From NCBI RefSeq assembly GCF_026571515.1, contig NW_026851983.1, forward strand, positions 1-60,307: a stretch of DNA of 60,307 bases, in the 5' to 3' direction. This DNA is from Ruditapes philippinarum (Eukaryota). Below the pieces are notes generated by a model. It was not told the origin of the DNA and did not search any database. It worked only from the letters and a program-made list of their open reading frames with translations. This document shows, piece by piece, positions 13,471 through 26,143 of this stretch (position 1 is the stretch's first letter; every line of letters begins with the position of its first letter). Position numbers and translations under genes: made by a program.

Positions 13471-14949
13471 TCTTTGACGCTATTTGACGAACTATGCTCC
13501 GAAAATGTGACGACGATCTGTATTCGGAGTAACAGTAGCTTCTAGTTGGATATAGATCTGCATATATCCGATGGAATATAAAATGCATAACATATTTGAT
13601 GATTATAGAATCAAACACACACGCACAAAACACACAGAGTTTTGGGACAATAGTTATAAGACACTCTAATCGTCTTGCAACAAATTATCGGTAACAATCT
13701 GAGCACACGAAGAATTAACTTCTTTTAGTTTGTTTATGTTTTTATTGGCAGTTACTGGTTCCGTTGTCATTCATTCTTTATATAGTAAGACATTAAGGCA
13801 AACTTTATTTATAGTCGGTTATGGTTATAAGTACATGTACAAAACTTAAAATCCGACATGTCATCATTTAGATCACAAGAGCTTTTCTTGACGTTGCGAT
13901 TGATTTTGCCGTATAGAACAACCGAGTTTATGGTTTGCAATTAATCGAATAGAGCTCCACATCGGAATTTCATTCGATGGATTCCTATAGGGTGGAGACA
14001 TAAATTAATGTAACAATCGCAACTTCTTGGATAAGGAATGATTATAGGCTAGGTGTTCCGAATGGTACTGTATTAGCGTTTGTATTAACACACTTTTTTC
14101 AACATGTTATATCACATTTAGTGAATATTTGTATCAATTGTTGTGGACAATACTTTTGAAAATACTCCCAGCAAATATGAACAAAATTTGTGACATAGAA
14201 GACCACTGAATAAATGACTACGTAGATTAATGTTTACTTTTTTTGGCGCTAACGGAAATTATCTTGGTATTATTCCGAAGTCCTTTCATGCTTAATCTAA
14301 CAAATCCAGGGTTAGAGCCTAATTAATGTTTACTAAGTCTTTTGTTAAATACTGACATATACCAAGAACCATGTAAAGTTTATGTATCATTATTTGACAT
14401 TTCATCCGGCCCTTGTTCAACGCCGTTTTTCTATACTTCAGTATTTAAAGTTACATAACGGGGTATTGCTTTTTTCTGTAAAAGTCCTTTAGAGTGATGA
14501 CGCAGTCCCATTATAAATGTAAAGCATTCAAAACAGAACTGTTTGCATATCCTTGGATTCTACTTAACTCATTATCGCGCTTATTTACTATGGCATTAAC
14601 TGATTAGTAAAGTGCAAAATACGTTACATCAAATTATTTATTTAACGACTACGAACCCTATTTCCACCTGCTAATATACAAAATGGAAGTGAAATATTTA
14701 CTAACCAGTCACAATAAACACATTATTCAGGCTTTTTTCGAATCCCTACAAGTTCAATACTCTGCTAATACAATACGCATATAAAACGAACAAATGTGTT
14801 GACACATTGAACAATACGTATAATGCCTTAGTTTTGTTAAATTTTACGATCCGGTGAGATTTAAAGCTCTTTGGCTAGTATCAATATTTGAATCTTGGAG
14901 ATTTGTACAGTCCATTTCATTGACAATGTAGTAAATTATTGATATAGCC

Positions 14950-15115
14950 AAGTTAAGCTCCCAATTCAAATTAGAAACATTCGCACAAACTTCTTTGCTG
15001 TAAACATTTACCTGGTCAACAGCGAGTGGTTCAGGTTGAAATAAATGGTCAGAAGTGAGGTGCTGCGCTTAATGAACCTTACTACAATCATTTTGAATTA
15101 GTGTGCCCGCTTTAA
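14950..15115 (+). mobile_element. possible highly decayed LINE ORF2 C-terminal fragment
   Basis: Short in-frame pieces LSSQFKLET and NHFELVCPL recall the RLSSHxLxIETGR ... DExHFLLxCP motifs; broken by stops and frameshifts. Confidence 0.3.
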
Positions 15116-16281
15116 AATTATTCATTGTTAACTATTACAAAGGGGCTTACAAAAGACAAAAGTCTACAAAACAATGCAATTATAACAGATACAGTGTTTT
15201 AAATCTAACTAACATGCAAGAATAAAAATCTATAAAGATTTATTTTTTTAAGATAATGCCTTTATTCCTCATCTACATATCTACATATTCAATTAAGACG
15301 AATCGTCTCCATAAATCAGAATGCCCAGCTTTTATTATGTACTGCCTGAAGTTATGTTTATGTCTTAGCAAAACTATAATAAAACTGATAGAGATATGAA
15401 CAAAATCCATCACAGATGATATATAGAGTACAGAATACAGGTCCAAACATAATAACTTACAGCATGTAAAAGTTGATGCACGAAATATTGCTTGCGACGG
15501 ACATCAAACGTAAAACATTATACATGTATTATATCACAGATATATAAACAACGGATAGGAAACTCCGAAAATAGACGAGAGTCCGATTCAGACCCACAAT
15601 CCTTTGCGCGCTTCGGTTATAATCGGGCTTTCCCGCTAGTCTCCGATTTTCACGCTAGCTCCATGATTATATCATTACGTAACGGAACATGTGCTTTTTA
15701 TTATGAATTATAATTAAGTCATTAACGTAGTCTTCAAGACATCTTTTAAATCTTGAGTCTAGTAAATTACGGGGTTGCGCCATCTAGAAGGCGCTACAGA
15801 TTCATGTTTTACTTTGATCATTATGGTTATGTATGTACAGAGCTGGTAAATTGTTAAATTAAATATAATCTAATTACGCGAATATTCTGTAAGATTTTAT
15901 CAATTAACCGAATCTTTTTAAAAGAAGCATACAAATTAGGTTTCCGAGTCATTTTGACTGGATGAAATATGACAAAATAAATCTAAATTATAGTTTAACT
16001 TTAATGAGATTAACTTTTAGTACTTTCAGCTGCAAACATGGTTGGTTTTCCATTGAAGTAAACCTTTATTTTTATCATACAACATATGGTTCCCGGTTTG
16101 TCATCAACCGATCTTTTACATCTTCAATGATTAAAGCTATGTTAAGCTTTTCCATGTCAAACGCTTTATGAGATTATCAGATTACAGCAGACGATATGTA
16201 TTCAAACATTATGCATGTATTGTTTCACTGTAAATGTATCAAAGTCCTCCTCGTGAAATCAAAGCAGAAGAGATGTTTATA

Positions 16282-16417
16282 TTGCAGACTCGGTTTTACT
16301 GTGTCTTTTCTTTACAGATAATGTAATATGCTAAAATCTCTCAAGCTCCCTAGCACCGGCTGAAGCTGTAGTGTTGAACAATTAAAGTATTTGAATCCAT
16401 GATCCCGGATGACTACA
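16282..16417 (+). other. structured dispersed element, copy 5 (subfamily A)
   Basis: ttgcagactcggttttactgtgtc ... agataatgtaatatgctaaaatct ... ctccctagcaccggctgaagc TGTAGT...ACTACA. Confidence 0.75.
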
Positions 16418-17628
16418 TTGGTATGAAGCACGGAACACATTTTTACGGCTGATCAATTAAGTCTACTTCTAAATCTGTGAAATAAGATATGCATGTTCAT
16501 TGGTTGTATTGTTGAAAAATTATTTCGAGGACCTTCCTTCTAAATTAACTTATTTCTTTTTAATTCTGCTCTGAAATAAGGTTGTACCGATTTATCTGTA
16601 AGATATTATTACACATGATCCTGCATATTACACACGAAACTAATCCTTAAAAACATCCGATAGATCTATGCATTTTCTTTTAATTACTTTTAGATATTAT
16701 TGTTATTATTATTATTCATAATCCAAAATCTAATATTTTATGTAGAATTTTTATGTATCTTTGCCGCACTGCTACTTAAATAGGCATTAATTATACTTAG
16801 AGCCGAAGCTTTTTGTCGCTTATGAAAAGTACCTGTCAAACAACACAGCCCGCCTGGCATTTGTAATTAGGAATCAAAGAAACTTGAGGGTAACGTGATC
16901 CGTTTAATCTGCAAAGTTGGTGTAAGGAAAGGGGTTCTTTAAACGCCGTATCCGTTTCAAAGGAAACTTGATACGGCGTGGTATATATTAATACGAATAT
17001 TCTTTCAGATAAATATTAAGAAAATTAAAAGATGCTAATAAATTTGGCATATCAGTTCATCTCTTATCCCGGGCAGCAAAGATATGTTAAATATTATAGT
17101 GGTATTTTCTTTGGTAATCATATTAGCTTTTAACTCCGTATTTAAACGCATTCATCTACAGGTTATGTTTAAGAAAAAACTTTTAATACCGGGCTTGGGA
17201 AACTTCTTTATTACAAAACAGGCGTGTTGAGGAATATTAATGAGACAATTATTTCATTATGAATATTATTAATAAAAGGTTTTGATATAAAAATTACACA
17301 AGATGTTATCGCGAGAGCAGAATGAGGAAATTTATTATCTCTTTTTTGGTTTAGACCTTCTATTTTATGTTGATATTAAAATTTAAATCATGGTGAATGA
17401 AGTGTATTTTGTTTGTTATTATTACCTCATCATTTACATTAATCTGATCAAGGTGTTATAGGTAGGTTTGGCTTGTACAGTATACATACTTTTATCTTCT
17501 AATTGAGGCTTGGCAAACTTTTCCTTTATCACAACAATAGCAAGGTATTGTAAGAAGCTACAAAACGTGTAGCTCTCAAAGATATTTAACATCACTTAAT
17601 TTTACACACAAAAAGAATGTCAGCTTAA

Positions 17629-17978
17629 AGGGACTCTGCTGAGGTTTTTATAACATGGCGGGACTATTGTTAATATTTTAGATGAATTTTCTATTTAATG
17701 TAGGTCCCGACCAATGACCTATGATTAAAATTTCAAATCATTCGCTCACTCCGTTTTTCAAGAATAATTATTCTAATTGTGAAGGAACTTTTTCAAGACT
17801 AATTATTCTAATTGTGAAAGAATTAACAAAAATGAAAAGCGTTGCAACGCTTTTCACTCATACCAGGCTACAGGGCTAAGAATACACACAAAAAAATCGA
17901 TAATATTTTGCATATTTTTTTATTTATGTTAAAAAAATCAAAAATGTTTCTCGGCTTTTGGACCTCAGTAGAGTTCCT
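17629..17978. mobile_element. non-autonomous DNA transposon with TTAA target duplication (Kolobok-like termini)
   Basis: TTAA|agggactctgctgaggt ... acctcagtagagttcct|TTAA; 17-bp TIR with 15/17 matches and AG...CT termini. Confidence 0.75.
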
Positions 17979-18135
17979 TTAACCACCTTATGAAGACATT
18001 GATTACTAGATATAGCGGTCATATAAATATGTCATGATTCTATCTTAAAACAAGAGCATTAAAAGAGCCGATTAAGATGAAGAATTTCTAGAATTTAAGT
18101 CATAATTTGATTTTCGTTTTCTTTAATTATACAAA

Positions 18136-18273
18136 TGAGCCGCGTCACTACAAAACCAACATAATGGGTTTGCGACAGGCATGGATCCAGACCAGCCTTC
18201 GCATCCGCACAGTCTGATCAGGATCCATGCTGTTCGTTATCAGATTCTCTACTTGTAATAGAGTTGGTAAGCA
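18136..18273. mobile_element. palindromic MITE family M1, truncated copy
   Basis: tgagccgcgtcac.acaaaaccaac...catggatccagaccagcc, the same family as 30459 and 37463. Confidence 0.85.
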
Positions 18274-18425
18274 ATGTATGTCATAGAGAGGGAGGAAGCA
18301 TGTTTTCAGTATTTGAAAGATGCGTGGATAACCTATCATTTGCTTTTTTTGGTATTGTGTTCATAGCTCCTGCCAATCGTTGGTGTTGGTTATTATTACT
18401 ATGATGTTGTGATAATGATGATGAT

Positions 18426-18572
18426 NNNNNNNNNNNNNNNNNNNNNNNNNNNNNNNNNNNNNNNNNNNNNNNNNNNNNNNNNNNNNNNNNNNNNNNNNNN
18501 NNNNNNNNNNNNNNNNNNNNNNNNNNNNNNNNNNNNNNNNNNNNNNNNNNNNNNNNNNNNNNNNNNNNNNNN
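18426..18572. other. assembly gap (147 N)
   Basis: Run of N next to a (GAT)n microsatellite. Confidence 1.
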
Positions 18573-18967
18573 TCCCGATGTTTCAAATGGAAGGGACATA
18601 AGTCAATTTAAAACCGAATAAAAAACGCCAAGCAGATAAAGAGTTAATCCCCTTTAAGAGTCCCATTCAAAACTGGTTTAAAGTATGTCGAATTCAATCC
18701 TTAATATTTTAAGTTTTAAACAAGATAATGCAGTTATTCATGTATATACACATGTTGTCTTATAAACATTTTTTTTTCAAATGGAAACTTTCTCAACAAT
18801 AAATTTTGGGAAATCGATCTCGATCGGGAATATACTGTATTCATATTCATCTAATATAAGTATTTCGTAAATATTCGTATGATTAAGCATATAAATTATT
18901 CGTTTCTTTTAAAGTATTTTTTATTAATTATAGGTTGGACATAACTTGAATATATTTGGTAGTACAA

Positions 18968-19354
18968 TGGCGCGCTATATGTTAGCGTTACGCTATAGGC
19001 GCGTGAATAAAAAGTGATTACATGTTTTTAAGAGTAAACAGTTCTTACTTTGGATAAGTGATTAATAAAATATTATATTCCTGTAACTAATAGATTTATT
19101 CACAGGAGATTGACAGTCTATCAATAACTGAAAAATATGAGCAAATAATCAAAAACATAACGGCAAATGTACCCTTCCAGTTTATTTATAGTATAGAGGG
19201 GTACATTTATCGTTATTTTTTAAATTTTTGCTTATATTTTTCAATTATTGATAGACTGTCAATCTCCTGTGATTTATTGAACTCGTCGGATAAAATAAGA
19301 TTATGCCCGTTCAATAAATTTAGTATTGACCTTACACTCATTCAATATCTTCTA
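18968..19354 (+). mobile_element. hairpin-ended non-autonomous element H1 (Helentron/HINE-like), partial, with nested insertion
   Basis: Homologous to 25351-25701 (gttagcgtta..ctataggcgcgt; ttacactcattcaatatcttcta). Confidence 0.65.
19101..19271. mobile_element. foldback MITE nested in H1
   Basis: cacaggagattgacagtctatcaataa ... ttattgatagactgtcaatctcctgtg, flanked by direct repeat ATTTATT. Confidence 0.8.
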
Positions 19355-19432
19355 ATATATTGGCCGCTACAACGTCAAGAAATGTGAGGCTATTTTCTTT
19401 TATGCTAACCAGGAAGGGTCTTGGTTTTATGC

Positions 19433-20806
19433 ATGTGATAAAATCTACATCACCCACAGTATATTATGCTGGCTGATTTTGTACACGTTGTGCGTTGCGT
19501 TGTCGATAGCGACAACACAACCTATATCGTTATCGCCTTTTCGTCTTGTCGCAAGCGAAACGCGCCAAATGGCGCGTTATCGCACTGTCGTCTTGTCGTC
19601 CTTTCTCTAGCAAATCACGCCAAATAGCGTGTTGTCGTGCGGCGCGTTTTCGCGATGCCTCCCTGTCGCTTGGCTTATAAGCCAATCCTTCGATTTGAGT
19701 CGAGCGACAAAGTGACATCGCGACAACACGTCGCACGGCAATGCATCGTTAGCGACAGGACGAAAAAACGAAAGTCCGACAACGCGCCATTTGGCGCTTT
19801 GTCGTGCTGTCGCTAGCGACAACATAACGCACAAAAGCGTTCCAAAGCAGCCACCAAAGTATATTACTCATAATGTATGAAATATAGCTCTTCCGAAATA
19901 TTTTTGGCTTCATTTTCATGATTCCGTAAATTAACATTAACATAAAAGTTAATTGTTACGATTTGTTCTAACACATTTCTCTATTTAAAAATATTATTAC
20001 TTCTCTCAAATTATTCTTACTCTAGTTACTCCGCGTGATGACGTCAGTCTTGTATTACTTTTGCATGGCAGCGTTCGCGTAGCCGTTGAACGCTTGGCCC
20101 CATCTTTAGAAAATGTGTTAGTTTTTCGTGAATAAGTAAGAAAATATAAACATTTTGGAAATGGAAATGTTCTCACTACTCCGTGTTATATAATTTTACA
20201 CATGTAGCACTGTTTGAAACAGTGAAATTTCCACTTTGATAATTTCACTGTTTTGAATTTAAGCCCCTTACGTTGTTTTAGTGAAATACCAGCGTGCACA
20301 GTACTGGGTACCAACTTAATGACGTGACGTCGTAAATGACGTCACGTTGAATTATTATTTGGCGCGCTTTTCATTCAGTATCAGGTTTAATGTCTTTTTA
20401 AAAGGTTTCTTTTCATATGATAAAAAGAAAATTTGTTTAGTTTAGTGTAAGATCGAAATATATTTCACCTTTGATTTATCTAATACTTATGAATGAAATA
20501 TTGAGAAATATTGATGAAATAAAATGCGTATTTTCAGTTTCCGTATTTTCACTGTAAAAAATATGTTCCACTGCAGTGAAACATATTTTCCGTATTTTCA
20601 CTGGTGTCTTGCCGCACTACTATTTTTCCTAAATTCAGCCAAAAGGGAAATCTTTCAAATGGTAATGCAAATAAAAAGATTTCATCTTGTGGTATGAAAA
20701 TTATCATATTTCACTCGTGGCTATCGCCACAAGTGAAATATTTATTTTCATACCACTCAATGAAAATAAAACCTGTATTTATAGAAAAAACTTAAATATC
20801 CTCTGT
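19433..20806 (+). mobile_element. non-autonomous element H2 (related to H1; ends aatatcctct) with nested MITE
   Basis: tgtgataaaatc..atcacccacagt start, cagcgttcgcgtagccgttgaa, terminal hairpin ttcactcgtggc..gccacaagtgaa; shorter copy at 33347-33790. Confidence 0.6.
19466..19857. mobile_element. cgaca/tgtcg-rich MITE with 8-bp TSD
   Basis: Imperfect ~45-bp TIRs; direct repeat AGTATATT at 19458-19465 and 19858-19865. Confidence 0.75.
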
Positions 20807-21417
20807 TTATTAAGTATTTTTCATACAAATTGGGGAAGGGAAATGAGTGTAAAATACTGAAATCCTGCTCGTGCATACGTTTATGAAATCGAAACTGTTT
20901 AAGATCATAGTACAAATATAAGCAAAATTATCTTCAAAACAAATATAGCATTTTGATAATATTGTGAATTCTATTGAATTTTAATCATTAAGCTATCGGA
21001 ATACGACGATAACTTTATGCAAATTACAAATGAAATATACATGGAATGTTTATTTTCCTAGCCTAATTTGTATAAAGATAAGTTGGAAATATGAGTATTA
21101 ATTTACCCCGCAACCATGATTTGCAGTTGCAACTTGTATCGTATCATTTTACTGTAAAGTACAGAGGAAATATGAATTTTAGTGTTTTCTTTAATATGAA
21201 AAAACACGAGTAATGATGCAATTAAAAAGTGATAACTAAAGACCGTAAAAAGTTATTTTGAATGAAAACACAGGAGTTTCGGATCATTAATTATTAATAG
21301 ACCATTTTGTAAAAAAAAGTGAGATTAAACATATTGAATCTAAATTACTTTCAATCAAACTTATGACGATACATTAACTACACGAACATAAAACTTGGAA
21401 AAACTTGCACCCCCAAA

Positions 21418-22674
21418 ATGCCTGGATTTTTAGTGGGCGTCGGAAAGGCGGGGGATGTGGCAGAACGCTCTCCGGCGGTAATATCCGCCAACCTCAAAGA
21501 AGATATGCTGCTACAGAAGAAGATGGTGGTGTTAAACCGGTCTGAGAGAAGTGTGGTGCATCAGATCAAGGTGGATCAAAAAGTCATGTACAAAAGGTTC
21601 CAGGCTCGTTTAACGTGCTCTAAGCTTGCGCATGCGCGTCTTATGGGGGAAACAAAACTTCAAATGCAGCTGAGAGCTAAGACGCTAGGTACACTTAACA
21701 CTGACATTGCAGGAAACTGTGATGAAGACTATGCATTTCTTGAAAAATTAGAACAAAGGCCATGTACATCGAGCTCATTCTCACCACGTGGTGAATACAA
21801 GCCTCCACTTTGGAAACAGTCTGAAGACACCAAACAGTGCGTTCATCCTAAATCAATACTTAATACAAAGAAAGAGAGATCTTCATCGGCTCGAGCATCA
21901 TTTAGTAACAGAAATATAACGGAAAATAAGGAAACGAAAGATAAGAGAAGAGAAAGTAATACTGAATCGTTGCCTAGTGACAGAGCTCCAAAACTACGTC
22001 CAGCAACTACACTTGGAACGAGAGTTGAGAACGAGTTCAATCGTCATCAGAGAAATATGGTAAAACAAGAAAATAATACAGAAGGAAGTCTGACGGAAGT
22101 GGAAAATGGCGTAGATAAAAGCGAGTCGCTCTCAAGTGCTAGAACAGGTATGGAGGGCGAAGACAACACTAATAGTTTGGGTGACAAACATACCGACACT
22201 TCAGATGATAGTATTGACGATGTTAAAAACAAACCTAACGTTGCATTCCTTGAACACTTTGATTTTACTGATAATCGTCCTAAAACAGTTGCCGATATTT
22301 CACAATGGAATACTTCTATCCCGACTTCACCCACATCACCTAAACAAATGTCTCGCCGGACCAGTAAAGCAGCCGATTTCTTCCAGGCAGAAGAGAAAGT
22401 AGATATGGTTGCTTTAAGACTTCAAGAAGCGAAGACACTAGACTTCACAGAAAATGTACACAAATTTTGTGAAGAGCTAGAAGAAATGAAGTGTTCACGC
22501 ACGCGCCCTGACATAGATTACTACTCTATGCGACTTCAAATGTCGTTGGATCAAGCACATTCAAAGTCTCTCGTTGAAGTACCTGGGACGCCTGAGGATG
22601 AACATGCAAGATCTATGGGAAATCTATTCGTTAAAAGTTTAACCTTGCCTCCAATTAACTTTTATACCGATTAG
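21418..22674 (+). CDS. uncharacterised 418-aa protein, intronless CDS; N-terminal coiled-coil, Ser/charged disordered middle
   Basis: Long ORF with higher GC than its flanks, aaaATG start context and AATAAA near 22850. The N-terminal helix (NLKEDMLLQKKMVVLNRSE...IKVDQK) loosely recalls CCDC190-type coiled coils (unverified). Confidence 0.85.
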   Translation: MPGFLVGVGKAGDVAERSPAVISANLKEDMLLQKKMVVLNRSERSVVHQIKVDQKVMYKRFQARLTCSKLAHARLMGETKLQMQLRAKTLGTLNTDIAGNCDEDYAFLEKLEQRPCTSSSFSPRGEYKPPLWKQSEDTKQCVHPKSILNTKKERSSSARASFSNRNITENKETKDKRRESNTESLPSDRAPKLRPATTLGTRVENEFNRHQRNMVKQENNTEGSLTEVENGVDKSESLSSARTGMEGEDNTNSLGDKHTDTSDDSIDDVKNKPNVAFLEHFDFTDNRPKTVADISQWNTSIPTSPTSPKQMSRRTSKAADFFQAEEKVDMVALRLQEAKTLDFTENVHKFCEELEEMKCSRTRPDIDYYSMRLQMSLDQAHSKSLVEVPGTPEDEHARSMGNLFVKSLTLPPINFYTD

Positions 22675-23152
22675 ATTGATAGTTTCCTTTAGTTAGATAT
22701 GTTGTGTTGAGGGACAATAGAGACAAACTGTTAATAGCAGACTTACCACCTATATAGTTGTCAATTATATTCCCATTTTATTGTAGTTGCTGTTGTTGTT
22801 GCTGCTGCTGATGCTCTGCTGTTGAGAAATATTTCAAAGAACTTTGTTGAAATAAAAAGATTGAATGTTTTAAGTAAATTCGAAAGTTTTAGAAAAAATA
22901 GAAATTTGTGCCAGATTTTAAGGTATATTCTGACGTTGATTTTATATGTTGTGCTGTTGCATTTGCGAGAATGTGCTGCTACTATAACCAATTACTGTAT
23001 ATTATTTAGATAAAAGATTTGAACAATGTTCTCGTTTTATGAGAAGACAATCATCTTTTTATGTTTATTTTTTCTGTGGCATGCATAAACAAAAATGTAA
23101 CAGGCAAATTGATTAAAACGTACATTTTTATTGACTAGTAACGGTAACTCAA

Positions 23153-25114
23153 TCACGTATTTGATATCTTTGAGGGAAGTATTGTGTCCCCTGTATTAGG
23201 GCATAATGGAGGTACAATATCACTGTAGGCCACAATGATAGAGTTAACATTCGTTGATTCTACCGCGCCGGGTACGTTAGTACAATCTTCGCAGTTATTG
23301 AATTGACTAAACTCGTCACATAGTTTTATTGGAGATCTGCTCATTCTTTCATCTATATAATGACTTTCAACAATCGGAGAATTTAGAATTTCCTGCAGGT
23401 CGAAGTCTGTTAAATCTCTGTCGACTGTTAGTTGTTTGTATGTGGAAAATTCTCCTACCGGAAATGGGCAAGTGTCGTCTGATGCAGTACTGTAGGCGCT
23501 CGTGCTGCTGTCAGTTGACCGGCATGATTGCATACCTGAGTCATCATCCTCTAAACTGCTGTAACCGGTCAGAGTGGAGTTTGATGCGACATTATCAATT
23601 GTTTCTTGTTTTATATGCACAGATGTGTCTTCGTTGTCATGGCGATTATTTTCATGCTCCTCGTTCTTGTGATTGCAACCAGCACCTTTACCCTCCTCCT
23701 AAATGAAAACCTAAATTGAATAATTTTGAATACTAATACGGGTACATAAATGATACATTAGCAGAAAGTTAATATCTACTTTGTGTCTATTGTATATTGT
23801 CGTCTGCTGGTGTTATATTGATGATATGAGTTTCCTTGCCAGTTTTATTTCATCCCAAAGCTTTTATTTATCTTATTTATAAATTATCTTTTATTTAAGT
23901 CTCATTGGCAAACTATTCATACACGCATACATAACGTTTATACAAATCCCCACATAGCCATTCCTAGGTTGAATATTTTGAGAACATAAGTATTAGGTTC
24001 AGACTTTAACATTCTACACATAATCTTGAAAATAGAAATGAACCAGTCCTTACTAAACCATTACATTACAAGTGGCAACAGTTATGACATGGATGTAACA
24101 GTACGAGGGTTGTTGCAATAAGTCGTACACAACTGCTTTAACATTTAGTATATGTATAATTTCTTGAAATAGTGTTTATTATAGTTCAAATTGACGGAGA
24201 TACACTTGTTCCAAATTATTAAAGGTTCTCCCTTTAAAAAATATTACAGTCATTGTCCACGACTTTGTGGGGCAACCCTCGTAATAAGAAATAAAGATTA
24301 CAACTTTCACCAAAACGTAATGCATTTTGTAAAGTTCAATGCAGTAAATTAGCTAATGTATTATTCTTTCGAGAATTAAAAACAAACATTATTTTCAAAT
24401 TCATATATCTGTATATTGCATTTGTACCAACTTAAATGTTACCCTCTGTTATAGTACATATTTACTATATTTCCTGTAAATATGATACACAATAAAACAC
24501 AAAGGAAAAAGTTGTTACATTTAAGATATTGTTTTGTAGAATGTTCTGTAAGTGCTCAATATACATGCTCTTAATCGCTGTAAACTACCTGCGTATTTAT
24601 TGCAATGCATGTATAATAGATTTAAAATATCTTGAAGTTCATGTTTTGTGAAGTTTGCAAATAATATAATTAAACACACTATTACAAATGCGTTGCAAGT
24701 GCACAGTTTACATCAGTTAAAACTGATCTACAAATGTAGACGAAAATAACAGGAAAATAAATGTAAATTTATATAAACTGATTTAACATCAACCGAGTGA
24801 TTCAAAATGAGTCTTAATTAGCACATTTGTATGTTATTCTGGGAGTGCACTTCATGGACTAACCGAGGAATCAATTGAGGCAAAGGTAATGGCCATAGCA
24901 TGGCTCGAACCCATGATCATATCCTGGACAAGCATTGAACTTTAAGTATTTAACACAGCTCATTCTTATATAAAAATATTTGAAAATGACTAGTACTAGT
25001 AAAACTTCAACTCACCTTACTAAGTTTTCTTTTTCTCTCGTAATAAATCAATGCAAGTAAGGAAACGACAAATGCAGAACCAAATAATTGCAAGTATGGA
25101 GTTGTTTTCCGCAT
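23153..25114 (-). CDS. two-exon orphan gene, 214 aa, N-terminal signal-anchor protein (exons 25114-25016, 23698-23153)
   Basis: Exon 1 aacATG encodes MRKTTPYLQLFGSAFVVSLLALIYYERKRKLSK and ends at AAG|GTGAGT (phase 0). Acceptor ttttcatttAG|GAG at 23699/23698 continues in frame into the 155-aa ORF of the track. AATAAA lies about 20 nt after the stop. Confidence 0.75.
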
Positions 25115-25170
25115 GTTTCCGGATGTTGTTAACGTTGGCGCCATATGACGTCAGACGTTACGAAGACGTA
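25115..25170 (-). promoter_or_regulatory. CpG-containing promoter of the minus-strand gene
   Basis: Perfect CRE TGACGTCA at 25146-25153, ETS-like CCGGAA and E2F-like TTGGCGCC immediately upstream of the ATG. Confidence 0.5.
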
Positions 25171-25350
25171 TCGATATGTAGAAATTTACTTCAATATGTA
25201 TACGTCGTTTAATCTAACTATTTTTAAAGGGCATTTTTGTAATTTCTCATTGATCATGGAACAGAACAATGTAAATTGGTGAAAAGCAATTCTGCAAGAT
25301 ATTTGAATAAGTACATGTGCAATGGCAAAGTCCCGTTACTAATAAATACA

Positions 25351-25701
25351 TTTATCACACACCCGTGCCGATTTTGCGATTCCGTAAATATGGTATTGCA
25401 CGGCCGTGCATATATTTTGACGCGACGTCATTAGCGTTATACAAACATAGTGTAAAGACGCGCTAAATGTTAACGTTATACTATAGGCGCGTCAATGTAA
25501 AATTACTCTTATTTCACTTTAAACGGTCTTTATTTTTGGTATGTGATAAATAGAATATTAAATTCGTGTAAGTTCAATACTGAATTCATTGCACTCGTTG
25601 AATAAAATAATATTATGCTCGCCACAGGCTCGCATAATATAATTTTATTCAACTCGTGCAATAAATTCAGTATTAAACTTACACTCATTTAATATCCTCT
25701 A
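25351..25701 (+). mobile_element. hairpin-ended non-autonomous element H1 (Helentron/HINE-like), full length
   Basis: tttatcacacacccgtgccg ... a ~55-bp-arm hairpin (25566-25684) ... aatatcctcta; four copies in the window. Confidence 0.75.
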
Positions 25702-26143
25702 TTTATAACCAGTTCCATATACTCAATGTTAATTAGTTTGTTTTGTTACTTACAAATGAAAAAGCTGGCTACGATATTATTATATATTATATCAACCCTA
25801 AAGATGATCCGCATTTTCAAAAAAACCAGCTGAGTGACAGTTTAAATATGATTGTGTTTGGAAAATTATTATAATTTTTCATTATTTTATTATTATTTTT
25901 GGACCCCATTGGAATAATCTTTTAGCAATTCTAGGGTAGCATAAGACATACATACTACTTAATTTATATAATAATATTTTTGTTGATTTTTATATATGTG
26001 ACAATATAGTTTGTGTTTACGTATATTTCCCTGAAAAAAATCAATACGATACAATTTAGTTAGGTTTGTGGATACGGGAAAAGGCGCGTGCAAACCATGT
26101 GTATTTAGCGCCAGTGTCATTAATGTTGACCCAGAAATCAGTA

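Noticed and set aside
18281-18621. ORFs spanning the N gap
   Set aside because: Artefacts of ambiguous bases.
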